The notes: generated by a model from the sequence alone, not told the origin. 64,000 bases of DNA from Vicinamibacterales bacterium (GCA_963821375.1 CAWGDN010000007.1:47306-111305), one strand, 5' to 3'; positions 10,112 through 19,652 are shown, counted from the stretch's first letter. Program-made: numbers and translations.

Positions 10112-11311
10112 TCACGACTTGTATGGCGGAAGCTCGCAGCGAAGCGGCTTGTCGGTGCGGTAGCCGAGCACGTAGTCGGCCTGCATCAGCTTGTGAATTT
10201 CGCGGGTGCCCTCGTAGATGACGGCGCCCTTCGCATTGCGATAGAAGCGGCCGACGGGATACTCGTCGGAGTATCCGTTTGCGCCGTGAATCTGAACGGC
10301 ATCCGACGCCGCCCGCTCGGATGCGACCGTCGCGAACCACTTGGCAAGTCCGGTCTCGCGCGTGTTCCGCTGTCCCTCGTTCTTGAGCCAGGCGGAGCGG
10401 AGCCACAGCAGACGGGCGGCCTGATAGTCGGACTCCATCTGCGCGATCATTTCCTTCACGAGCTGGTGCTGACCGATCTCGACACCGAACGCCTGCCGCT
10501 CGCGCGCGTATGTCGCGCTGGCATCGCGGCACGCGCGAATCAAGCCAGTCGCGCCGGCGGCGACCGTGAGGCGCCCCTGGTCGAGCGCAAACATCGCAAT
10601 CTTGAAGCCTTCGCCCGGCAGGCCGACCATGTTCTCGGCCGGCACCTCGACGTCGTCCATCTTGAAGAAGCCGGTGTTCCCGGCGAGGATGCCCCACTTC
10701 TGCGTGAGCGTTCCGCTCGAAAAACCCCTGGACTCGCGGTCGACGACGAACGCGCTCAGGCCCGACGGATCTCTCTGCCGTTTCTTCTGAAGGTCGGTCC
10801 AGGCGATCACGAGGAACGTGTCGGCCACGTCGGCGAGCGAAATCCACATTTTCTCGCCGTTCAGTACGTATCGATCGCCGCGTTTCTCCGCCGTGCTCTG
10901 GATGCCGCGCGCGTCGCTGCCGGCGCCGGGCTCCGTCAGGCCGTAGCTGCCAATCGCACGCCCTTGCGCCATCGGCACGAGGTATCGCTGCCTCAGCTCT
11001 TCGCTTCCCCATGTCAGCAGCGTCAAGCTCGCGAGGCCGACGTGCACCGAGAGGATCACGCGCAGCGACGTGTCGACGTACTCGAGCTCCTCGCACGCAA
11101 GCCCGAGACAGATGTAGTCCATTCCAGCACCGCCGTACTCCGTGGGCACGCACACACCGAGCAGTCCGAGGTCGGCCATCTTCGGGAACAGCTCGAGATC
11201 GAACGTGTGCTGTCGATCGAGCTGCTGGATGCGCGGGGCCACCTCCCGAGCAGCCCATTCGCGCGTCGACCGCTCCAGCAGCCGGTGCTCGTCGCCCAGA
11301 TCGAAGTCCAT
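10112..11311 (-). CDS. Acyl-CoA dehydrogenase (glutaryl-CoA dehydrogenase-like)
   Basis: Starts at internal ATG 11311 (MDFDLGDEHR...). Has typical ACAD blocks (YGGAGMDY, GLTEPGAGSD, QIHGANGY). TAATG overlap with the upstream gene. Confidence 0.85.
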   Translation of the reverse strand: MDFDLGDEHRLLERSTREWAAREVAPRIQQLDRQHTFDLELFPKMADLGLLGVCVPTEYGGAGMDYICLGLACEELEYVDTSLRVILSVHVGLASLTLLTWGSEELRQRYLVPMAQGRAIGSYGLTEPGAGSDARGIQSTAEKRGDRYVLNGEKMWISLADVADTFLVIAWTDLQKKRQRDPSGLSAFVVDRESRGFSSGTLTQKWGILAGNTGFFKMDDVEVPAENMVGLPGEGFKIAMFALDQGRLTVAAGATGLIRACRDASATYARERQAFGVEIGQHQLVKEMIAQMESDYQAARLLWLRSAWLKNEGQRNTRETGLAKWFATVASERAASDAVQIHGANGYSDEYPVGRFYRNAKGAVIYEGTREIHKLMQADYVLGYRTDKPLRCELPPYKS

Positions 11312-12102
11312 TAAGGCCTTTGGATCGTCACCGCGGCGCCGCGGCCGAGGTCGAGCTGGTCGCGCGCGCTGCCGCCGTTGATGGCGACTTCGAGATGGTC
11401 CGTGCTGCCGAAGAGCGCGCACAGCTCTCCGGCCGCCGCCTCAGCGTAGGTGCCGACCACCTTCCCAATGCGATGGGTGGCGGCGGCGATCTCGATCGAT
11501 CCGCCGTGCGCGAACTGCTCGAACAGCTTGCGATCGATGTTCGTCACGAGGTTGCCGAAGCGATCCACCCTGAGCACTTCGCCGGTGAGCACGCCGTTCG
11601 CAACGGCAGGCATGGGAATAGAAAGCTGCTGGATCTGTCCGGCCGGCCGGCCGAACGTCGACAGGTCGACGCCCTTGGCGAGCCAGCCCGCGGCTGGCGC
11701 AAAACGATCCCTGCCTTCGAACGTGCGGCTGACCGTCGGACGAGCGTACCGCCGTTCGGTCATCTCGAACACTCGGCGCGCCGGCGCCTCGCGGAACACC
11801 GCGGTCAGCACGCCGTTGTCCGGCGCGACGAACCGGAAGTCGCCCGTGTCGGCGACGATGCCGCGGCGCGTCGAACCGACGCCGGGATCGACGACCACGA
11901 GAAAGATGGTGCCGACCGGAAAGTACTTGTAGCTGGCGGCGAGTTCCAGGGCGCCTGCGAGAACGTCGTGTGCGGGAATACCGTGAGTGATGTCGACGAG
12001 CGTGACGTCCGGGCAGATCGAGAGGACGACCGCCTTCATCGTGCCGGCGTAGTGATCGTGCAAGCCAAAGTCGGTCAATAAGGCGACGACCGGACGAGCC
12101 AT
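11311..12102 (-). CDS. SAM hydrolase / SAM hydroxide adenosyltransferase family (DUF62)
   Basis: N-terminus MARPVVALLTDFGLHDHYAGTMKAV...ITHGIPAHDV is characteristic of the DUF62 family. ATG 12102 is preferred over the ORF-track start at 12132. Confidence 0.75.
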   Translation of the reverse strand: MARPVVALLTDFGLHDHYAGTMKAVVLSICPDVTLVDITHGIPAHDVLAGALELAASYKYFPVGTIFLVVVDPGVGSTRRGIVADTGDFRFVAPDNGVLTAVFREAPARRVFEMTERRYARPTVSRTFEGRDRFAPAAGWLAKGVDLSTFGRPAGQIQQLSIPMPAVANGVLTGEVLRVDRFGNLVTNIDRKLFEQFAHGGSIEIAAATHRIGKVVGTYAEAAAGELCALFGSTDHLEVAINGGSARDQLDLGRGAAVTIQRP

Positions 12103-12107
12103 AGCAT

Positions 12108-12140
12108 CTAATGATGTGGCGAATTGCGCCACATCATTAG
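12108..12140. repeat. Perfect 14-bp inverted repeat (CTAATGATGTGGCG aattg CGCCACATCATTAG) between the bactofilin-fusion stop and the DUF62 start
   Basis: Read directly. Arms are 12108-12121 and 12127-12140 with a 5-nt spacer. It is AT-rich relative to its surroundings. Confidence 0.9.
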
Positions 12141-12141
12141 T

Positions 12142-13341
12142 TTACGTGTTCGTCGCAGGCTTTCGGAACAGGAACTCGCGGATGTTGGTCTTCAGCAGGA
12201 ACGACTCGGCGACCTTCAGTCCGTGGAACATCCGGATGATGTCGCGATTCTGAAGGGCCGTCTGGCGCTTACCGTCCGAGGAGTACGGCCGCTGCTTCAC
12301 CGTGTCCTCGTCCATGATGACGTACTTCGAGAAGCGCGTATTCGGGACGCCGACCGTGGCGAAGAACGCCAGGACCGCCCCATCCGGCTTCAGCACTTTC
12401 GTCAGCGCGCCGGCCAGCACCTGTGCGGCCGCCGGCTCGAGGAAATCGAAGTAGTTCCAGCACAGGATGCCGTCGACGCTTTCCGGCTCGTGCCGCAGGC
12501 GCCCTTTGAGCGTTTCGGCAAAGGGAACTTCGCTCCCCTTGGGGTGCCGCTCGAGATCGGCAAACAAATCCTCGAGCAGGATCTTGCAGCCGAGGCGCTC
12601 GCCGAAGAAAGTGACGTTGGGCCCGACCACGGGGCCCAGGTCCATCAGGACCGGGGCTTCGCGTGAGGTGAGACTGCCCAGAAACTTGCGGAGCGCCTTC
12701 GTCGGAAAAACCTGCCCGTCATCGGCGATGGCGGCGGCCGAAGCCGCCGCCTCATTGCGTGCCTTGTTTCGGGAATCCCAGAGCAACGGGACTAGCCCAC
12801 TTTCTGAGCCTGTGCTGCGATGGGCTGCGGCGGCGTTGCGGGGGTTGGCTGTGACTCTGACCTCGGCCGGCCGCGGTGCTGTCGCGGCCTTCGCCGCCTT
12901 GTTGGCCATGTCGACGCTGCCGCGGAAATGCGCGCCCTCGGCAATCGCCACGCGCGGCGATGTGATGTCGCCCTCGACCGATCCGTTCTCCCGGATGTCC
13001 ACCTTCTCGGTTGCGCTCACGTTCCCGATCACCTCGCCGAGGACGACGACGGCCTTGGCAAACAGCTCGGCCTTGATCTTGCCGTTCGGCCCGATCGTCA
13101 GCACGTGGTCGCGCAGCTCGATCCGCCCTTCGACGTGTCCTTCGATCGTGAGATCTTCGCTGCCGTTGAGCTCGCCCTTGATGACGACCGATTTGCCAAT
13201 GTTCACCACATCCCTCCCTGCATGGCTCTGACTCGCGATGGGATCTGGACGGGTCGCCTGGGTTGCCGCTGCTGGAGCCGCCACAGCCGCGTCGTTCGTA
13301 GGCACCGCCGGTTGCCGCACTGCTTCGTCACGCTTCCACAT
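12142..13341 (-). CDS. Bactofilin domain fused to a class-I methyltransferase-like domain
   Basis: 399-aa ORF with a GGAGG RBS upstream. Residues about 45-150 have the bactofilin beta-helix pattern (VIKGEL.GSEDLTIEGHVEG.I....VLTIG..G.I.A......VVVLGEV.GNV.A.EKV.I...GSVEGDI.....AI.EGA.F.G). The C-terminal half has MT-like blocks (VLMDLGPVVGPN, KILLEDL, ILCWNYFDFL, LKPDGAVLAFF). Confidence 0.7.
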   Translation of the reverse strand: MWKRDEAVRQPAVPTNDAAVAAPAAATQATRPDPIASQSHAGRDVVNIGKSVVIKGELNGSEDLTIEGHVEGRIELRDHVLTIGPNGKIKAELFAKAVVVLGEVIGNVSATEKVDIRENGSVEGDITSPRVAIAEGAHFRGSVDMANKAAKAATAPRPAEVRVTANPRNAAAAHRSTGSESGLVPLLWDSRNKARNEAAASAAAIADDGQVFPTKALRKFLGSLTSREAPVLMDLGPVVGPNVTFFGERLGCKILLEDLFADLERHPKGSEVPFAETLKGRLRHEPESVDGILCWNYFDFLEPAAAQVLAGALTKVLKPDGAVLAFFATVGVPNTRFSKYVIMDEDTVKQRPYSSDGKRQTALQNRDIIRMFHGLKVAESFLLKTNIREFLFRKPATNT

Positions 13342-13508
13342 TTCTTACCTCCCCGAACGATTCGGGAAAATGACAGGAGACCCCGAGCATGGCGACCCCG
13401 GGTCGTGAGCGGGTACGGCCAAGTATAGGTGACCGTCCCATGAGTGTCTAGCCCTTATTCTGCTGAGGGTTAGCGTCACCAGCCCTATGTTAAGATGGCC
13501 GGTGAGCC

Positions 13509-14673
13509 GTGCGCATCTACCTCGACCACAACGCGACGACGCCGGTGGATCCGGCCGCCGCCGAGGCCATGATGCGCTCGCTGACTTCTCTTTTCGGCAA
13601 TGCGTCGAGTGTTCATTACTTCGGCCAGCAGGCCAAGGCTGCGCTCGACGATGCCCGCAGCGCGGTCGCGGCGCTCATCGGCTCTGAGCCGTCGGAGGTC
13701 ATCTTCACCAGCGGCGGCACCGAGGCGGACAACTTCGCGATCCGCGGGGCCGCCGAGGCGCTCGAAGCGAGCGGCCGCCGCCACCTGATCACGTCGGGCA
13801 TCGAGCACGAGGCGGTCCTCAACACCTTCAAGGCGCTCGCCCGCCGCGGATGGAAGACCACGCTGCTCCCGCTCGACGCCAGCGGCATCGTCTCGCCCGA
13901 TCGGCTGCGCGAGGCGATCACCGACGACACGGCGCTCGTCTCGATGATGCACGCGAACAACGAGATCGGCACGGTGCAGCCGGTCGCCGAGATCGCGCGC
14001 ATCGCCCACGCGCACGGCGCGCTCTGTCATACCGATGCCGTGCAGAGCGCGGGCAAGATCCCGGTCGACGTGCGGGCGCTCGGCGTCGATCTGCTGTCGA
14101 TCTCCGGGCACAAGTTCTACGGCCCCAAGGGCGTCGGCGCGCTCTGGGTCAAGCGGGGCGTGCGGCTCTCGCCGTTCCTGGCCGGCGGCAAGCAGGAGCG
14201 CAACCGGCGGGCCGGCACCGAGAACGTGCCAGGCATCATCGGCATGGGCGTCGCTGCCGGCTCGCGCGCTCGCCAAGATGCCCGACGAGGCGCCGCGCCT
14301 CTCGGCGCTGCGCGATCGACTCGAGCAGGGGATCCTCTCGGCCGTTCCGCACACCGAGGTCAACGGCGCGCGCGATCCGCGCGTGCCCGAACACCACCAA
14401 CATCAGCTTCGACCGCGTCGAGGCCGAGTCGCTGCTGATCGCGCTCGACCTCGAAGGCATCGCCGTCTCGACCGGCTCGGCGTGCTCGTCGGGCACGCTC
14501 GAGCCGTCGCACGTGCTGAAGGCGATGAACCTGTCGAGCCATCGGGCGCAGAATTCGATCCGCTTCAGCCTCGGTGCGGCCAACACCGAAGCCGAGATCG
14601 ACCACGTGATTGCCGTGCTGCCGAAGATCGTCGCCAAGCTCCGGAGCCTGTCGCTGTCGGCGCGCGCGCCTGA
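13509..14673 (+). CDS. Cysteine desulfurase, NifS/IscS family (needs 2-3 frame changes; 3' end approximate)
   Basis: [20 protein letters not shown] and [14 protein letters not shown] (PLP-lysine motif) lie in ORF 13509-14438. The rest is in 14035-14673 and 13850-14737 (STGSACSSG active-site Cys loop). Confidence 0.8.
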
Positions 14674-14676
14674 GTC

Positions 14677-15745
14677 ATGCGTGTTGTCATCGCCATGTCG
14701 GGCGGCGTCGATTCGTCGGTGGCCGCGGCGCTTCTGACGCGCGCGGGCCACGACGTGATCGGCCTGTCGATGCAGCTCTACGATCAGCGCGAAGGCGAGG
14801 CCGGCTACGGAAGCTGCTGCAGCCTCGACGATCTTCACGACGCCGGCCGCGTCGCTCGGCGCCTCGGCATTCCTCACTACATCGTCAACTTCGAGCGCGA
14901 GTTTCAGCGGACCGTCGTCGCGAACTTCGTCGACGAGTACATGGCCGGACGAACGCCGATTCCCTGCTCGCACTGCAACAGCGACCTCAAGTTCGCGACG
15001 CTCCTCGATCGCGCCGCAGCGTACGGCGCCGAGGTCGTCGCTACCGGCCACTACGCGCGCGTCGGGATCGATCGCGGCGACGGGCCGTCAGCTGCTGCGG
15101 CGCGGGCTCGACGCCGGCAAGGATCAGTCGTACTTCCTGTTTTCGCTCACGCAGGAGCAGCTGTCGCGCGCGAGCTTTCCGGTCGGCAATCTGACGAAGG
15201 ATGAGGTGCGCGACGTCGCACGCGAGCTCGGGCTGCCTGTCGCCGACAAGCCCGACAGCCAGGAAATCTGCTTCGTCCCCGACGGCGACTACGCGGCGTT
15301 CATCGAGAAGCAGACTGGCGACCGCGACGCGGCAGGCGCCATCGTGACGCAATCGGGCGAGCGCGCTTGGACGGCACGGCGGCGTTCATCGTTTCACCGT
15401 TGGCCAGCGGAAGGGACTCGGCATCGCCTCGGCGGAGCCGCTCTACGTGCTCCAGCTCCGCGCGCATGAGCAAGACCGTCGTCGTCGGCCCACGCCGCGA
15501 GCTCGAGCGGACGACGCTGACGGCGTCGCACGTGAACTGGATTGCCGGAATCGCACCGACAGCTCCGATGCGCGTCACCGCCCAAATTCGCCATCGCCAT
15601 CAGCCGGCAGCGGCCACCGTGCACGCGACTGACGACGGCCGCGCGCAGCTCACCTTCGACAACCCCGTAGTTGGCGATCACCCCTGGCCAGGCGGCTGTG
15701 TTCTACCAGGATGACATGGTCGTCGGCGGGGGGTGGATCGACTAG
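14677..15745 (+). CDS. mnmA: tRNA 2-thiouridine(34) synthase MnmA (needs at least 3 frame changes)
   Basis: The PP-loop [11 protein letters not shown] is in ORF 14677-15204. [18 protein letters not shown] and [10 protein letters not shown] blocks are in other frames. By my translation it ends ...GGGWID-stop at 15743-15745. Confidence 0.85.
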
Positions 15746-15810
15746 GTAGCGGTTCTGGGTTCGAACTGAGAACTCTGAGAACTGAGCACTGAGAACTGAG
15801 CGACGAGCCC
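15746..15810. repeat. Stop-to-stop intergenic block of 7-nt units (GAGAACT / GAGCACT / GAGCGAC) with an 11-nt direct repeat GAGAACTGAGC occurring twice
   Basis: Read directly. It fills the whole gap between convergent mnmA and the GNAT gene. Confidence 0.8.
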
Positions 15811-16289
15811 CTACCGCGCGAGTTTCTTGAGCGCGTCGCCAGTCACGCGGAAGATCGTCCAGTCGTCGAGCGGCGTCGCACCGAGCTTCTTGTAAAAGCC
15901 AATCGCCGGCTCGTTCCAGTCCAGCACCGCCCATTCGAACCGGCCCCATCCGCGCTCGACCGCAAGCCGCGCGAGATATCGAAGCAGCTCCCGTCCGACA
16001 CCGCGCCGCGAGCCGACGGCCGAACGAAGAGATCTTCGAGATACAGGCCGGGCTTACCCAGGAACGTCGAGAAGTTGGCGAAGAAGATCGCGCAGCCGAC
16101 AGGATCGCCGTCCAGGCGCGCGATCACTGCTTCGACGGTCGGACGATCGCCGAAGAGCGCCTGCGCAAAGTCTGCCTCGGTCGCGGTCGCCAGATGCTCG
16201 AGCTTCTCGTACTCGGCGAGCTCCCGCACGAACGACAGCAGGAGAGGAACATCATCACGGCGAATAGGTGAAATCTGGATGGACGACAT
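15811..16289 (-). CDS. GNAT family N-acetyltransferase (1 frame change near the C-terminal third)
   Basis: ORF 15843-16295 gives the N-terminal two thirds. The C-terminal part (RRGVGRELL...WNEPAIGFYKKLGA) continues in another frame to the stop at 15811-15813. Confidence 0.7.
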
Positions 16290-16298
16290 CGCCATTCG

Positions 16299-16688
16299 CT
16301 ACTCGAGCCGCAGGCCTTTGCCGTCAAAACCGGCGATCTCCCGTTTCGAATCGTAGTCGAGCACTGAGATCCGATACGCACCGCGCTGAGCGCTGCAAAC
16401 GGTTGCCAGACTCACGACCATGTTGCTGCGCTGATCGCGCGTGTACTTGGTCCAGACCGCGAGGTTGACCCACGCCGTCGTCTTCTCGCAGTCATAGTCG
16501 ACGAGTACGCCGTTGGTCATCAGGTTGTCGACGAGCGCCTTGGCAATCGGGCCTTGATCCACCGCAGGTTCATCGTTCCGATCGGTCCGAACGAGCAGCA
16601 GAACCAGGAGCAACCCGAGCGCCGCCAGCGCCACGATGAGCCCGAACGGCGCGCCCGGCTTCTTCTCGCGCTCGCTGGTGCCCGTCAT
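16299..16688 (-). CDS. Small membrane-anchored hypothetical protein
   Basis: 129-aa ORF with one N-terminal TM helix. It lies one nucleotide downstream of the upstream gene's stop, so co-transcription is likely. Confidence 0.5.
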   Translation of the reverse strand: MTGTSEREKKPGAPFGLIVALAALGLLLVLLLVRTDRNDEPAVDQGPIAKALVDNLMTNGVLVDYDCEKTTAWVNLAVWTKYTRDQRSNMVVSLATVCSAQRGAYRISVLDYDSKREIAGFDGKGLRLE

Positions 16689-16689
16689 G

Positions 16690-19002
16690 CTACGGCCCCA
16701 GCACCGTCATCTCGGCAACCGACCAATAGTAGATGTCGTCGTTCTCGGTGGCCGTCATCCGTAGCGCCCGCGCCTGCACGGGCGCGAACCGATACTTCAG
16801 CGGTACTTCGAGCGGCGACTCGAACGCACCGACAAACGCCAGACCTGCGCTCCGGCCCCTCCAGACTTCTGTCCACGACTGGGAGTCCTGTGACACTTCG
16901 ATGATCAACCCGCGCGGAAAGTCCTCGACAAACGCGCCAAGCTGGAGATCGATGCCGGATACGGTCCGAAGCGTCCCAAGCTCGACTTCGACTGTCGTGC
17001 CCCGGCGCTGCGGCCCCGACTGCCACCGCGTGGTCCGGTCGTTGTCGAGCATCAAACCGATGTCTTCTCCGTTGATGCTCGCGCGTATCAGAGACGCGGC
17101 AAGCGGGGTTCCACTCGAGGGGCCCTCGAGTGGCGCGCCTTGCGATTCGATGTGATAAAGCGACTGTCGTCCTTCCGCGCATACCTCCCGCGCTCCCGGA
17201 TGCGCTTGCACGTACTTCTCCCACGCGCCTTCATCGACATCGCGGTCGACCACGATATCCCTCACCCCATGAGCAGCCAGCTGCGACAGCATGTCGGGAT
17301 CGCGAAGGTCCAGGCCGAAGCGGAGTGCGGCATAGTGCGGAGGAAAATATCCGCTGTAGCCATTCACGAGCGGGTGCCCGTGCGACATCTGACGGTACAT
17401 CGCCGCGACGTCGCGGTAGATATGTCCCACCGGAAGCTCCACGATGGGCGCGCCCGCGTCGGGAGCACAATTGACGGCGGCGAATGTCGGCGGGAGCTCA
17501 GCCAGTGGCATCCGAGCGACCCAGGTATCCGCAAGCACGCCGACACAGAGCGCCGCGCAGACGATCGACCGCTTCGCGCCCGCCCGCGCGGTGAGCCGAT
17601 CAAAGACGACGGCCCCGATCACGGCAAGGCACATCGTCGTCATCATCCAGAACCGGGCAGGCACACGAAGCGCGTTGAAGCCCGGGAACAACATGAGCAC
17701 CGAGTACGGCCCGCGGTACATGAGCTCCCGTCCCATCACTGTCGGAGCGGGCCCCAGCGTGAAGAGCCACATCATGAATCCAGCGAACCCATAGAAACCC
17801 AGGATCGAGCGTGACGCGTAGCTTTGCCGCAATACCGGACTCGTCAGCGCAAGTCCCATTGCCGCCACGAGCGACACGGTCAGCGGCTTGATCGGGTTCG
17901 ACACGGAGAGCAGCCGCACGCCGAACAGATTCAACCGCCATGAGCCGACGGCGAACGCGCCCAGCGAGACCGCCGCTGTGGCGACCGTCAGGATGATGAG
18001 GAGGCGGCGTGCGATCGTCCAGTTGTTCACGTGCACGGACGTCCGGTCGCGGACGAGGACCAGCCCGGCGAGCGCGAGAAGCGCAATCGTCAAGCCGGGG
18101 AACATCTCCCCCTCACCGCGCTTGAACACGTCCATCCATCCCCAAAGCGCAATGTGATCCGACGCGTGCAGAAGGCCGGCGACATCGGCGCTGTAGCCGC
18201 GGATGGTCCCGAAATCACGAGCGAAGCCGAACATCGAGTGAATGCGCCGGTATTGAAAGAGAAGGGGCGCCATCAGCACCGCCGCAGCCGCCCACGCGAT
18301 GGCGATCGCGAGAAACTGACGCGGACGAGTCCAGGGGCTCGCGAACCACATGACCCACAGGCCCGCGAAGACGCTGAAGAACAGGAGGTAGTACCCGTTG
18401 CAGATCCCCTGGAGGAACCACCCTCCGGCGAACAGCGCGAGCCACTGCGGGCGTGGATCACGAAGATAGCGGTGAAGCCCGAGCAGCGCGAATGGGACGG
18501 GAAACGAGGCGAGCGCCTGAATCTGCGGCAGATGAGCGATGCGATAGGGCGCGAAGCCAAACAGCAGGCCAGCCAGAAACGCCGCATCCCGCCGGTTCGT
18601 GAGCTCGAACGCGAGGAGATACGCGCCGAGCGCGCTCAACGGGAACGTCAGAAAGAACACGGTGTTGTAGGCGGCTTGCGGCCCGACCCCCAACCAGTGC
18701 AGCGGGGTGGAGATCAGACTCAGGCCAAGCAGGTTCTCGGAAAACGCCAGCACTCCCGGAACAGGGTGGAACGCCGGCGCATTCCACCACGCCGACGTGA
18801 ACGGAACCGTTTGCGAGTTCCACCAGAGAATCCAGGTGTTGAGCGCGGGATCGCCGGGATCGTGCGGCAGCACCGACCCGAACCGCAGGACCAGGGGATA
18901 CGTCAGCGCAATCGTGATCGCGACGTAGACAAGCAATGCGGCCCAGGCGGGTACAAGTGAGGCGAGAAGGTAGAGAGAACGGCGGACGGCCGACGGACGC
19001 AT
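16690..19002 (-). CDS. Polytopic GT-C-like membrane protein with C-terminal F5/8 type C (discoidin) domain
   Basis: 770-aa intact ORF with at least 10 predicted TM helices in the first 450 aa. The C-terminal 150 aa has a discoidin-like pattern (DNDRTTRWQSG......VEVELG....VSGIDL). Confidence 0.65.
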   Translation of the reverse strand: MRPSAVRRSLYLLASLVPAWAALLVYVAITIALTYPLVLRFGSVLPHDPGDPALNTWILWWNSQTVPFTSAWWNAPAFHPVPGVLAFSENLLGLSLISTPLHWLGVGPQAAYNTVFFLTFPLSALGAYLLAFELTNRRDAAFLAGLLFGFAPYRIAHLPQIQALASFPVPFALLGLHRYLRDPRPQWLALFAGGWFLQGICNGYYLLFFSVFAGLWVMWFASPWTRPRQFLAIAIAWAAAAVLMAPLLFQYRRIHSMFGFARDFGTIRGYSADVAGLLHASDHIALWGWMDVFKRGEGEMFPGLTIALLALAGLVLVRDRTSVHVNNWTIARRLLIILTVATAAVSLGAFAVGSWRLNLFGVRLLSVSNPIKPLTVSLVAAMGLALTSPVLRQSYASRSILGFYGFAGFMMWLFTLGPAPTVMGRELMYRGPYSVLMLFPGFNALRVPARFWMMTTMCLAVIGAVVFDRLTARAGAKRSIVCAALCVGVLADTWVARMPLAELPPTFAAVNCAPDAGAPIVELPVGHIYRDVAAMYRQMSHGHPLVNGYSGYFPPHYAALRFGLDLRDPDMLSQLAAHGVRDIVVDRDVDEGAWEKYVQAHPGAREVCAEGRQSLYHIESQGAPLEGPSSGTPLAASLIRASINGEDIGLMLDNDRTTRWQSGPQRRGTTVEVELGTLRTVSGIDLQLGAFVEDFPRGLIIEVSQDSQSWTEVWRGRSAGLAFVGAFESPLEVPLKYRFAPVQARALRMTATENDDIYYWSVAEMTVLGP

Positions 19003-19062
19003 CTGCGAGTGAATGGTAACACCCGCCCGTGGCGCCCATCGCCGCCCGGCGAAGTGGGAGAG

Positions 19063-19533
19063 CTAGCGGCGGATCTCGAGCATGTTCGAGATGCGGTAAT
19101 CCGGCGCCTTCTGCTGCGCGATCCGTTCGGCAGCCGCTTTGTGCGCAGCCGACGGCACGTGCCCCTTCAGCGTGACGGTCTTGGTCGTGCCATTCGTGTC
19201 GACGTCGATGTTGGCCGCGTCGAGATCATCCGCGTCGATGAGCGCGGTCTTGATCTGCATCGTCTGCGCCGCGGCGTCGATCGCCCCGCCAACCGAGTTG
19301 GCCGCCTGGCGCGATTCAGCTGCCACACGATCGCCCGCACGCTCGACGGCGTTCCCCGCTTCGCGCGCTTCCTGTCGTACTTCAGCGTTCGCCTCGCGTG
19401 CCTCTTGCTGCGCCGCAGCCGTGTTCTCTTGTGTGTCCTGTTCAACACCACGTGCGGTGTTCTGGCAGGCGGCAAACAGCGACACAGACAACAAGGCCGC
19501 TGGTAATCCCCACGACGTGATATGGCTCTTCAT
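19063..19533 (-). CDS. BON-domain lipoprotein
   Basis: Internal ATG 19533 is preceded by GGAGGAGG. Has a lipobox (SLFAAC) and a C-terminal BON-like segment (IKTALIDADDLDAANIDVDT..TTKTVTLKGHVPS...K..AE). Confidence 0.7.
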   Translation of the reverse strand: MKSHITSWGLPAALLSVSLFAACQNTARGVEQDTQENTAAAQQEAREANAEVRQEAREAGNAVERAGDRVAAESRQAANSVGGAIDAAAQTMQIKTALIDADDLDAANIDVDTNGTTKTVTLKGHVPSAAHKAAAERIAQQKAPDYRISNMLEIRR

Positions 19534-19652
19534 GCATCCTCCTCCACTGTATAGACGGCGGACATACCCGCGCCTCATGTGGAGGAAGGAGCAAAACGCT
19601 CGCCACCGGTGCCGACGTGGCGCCAACGTGTTGACGGAATGACCCTTGCTGC

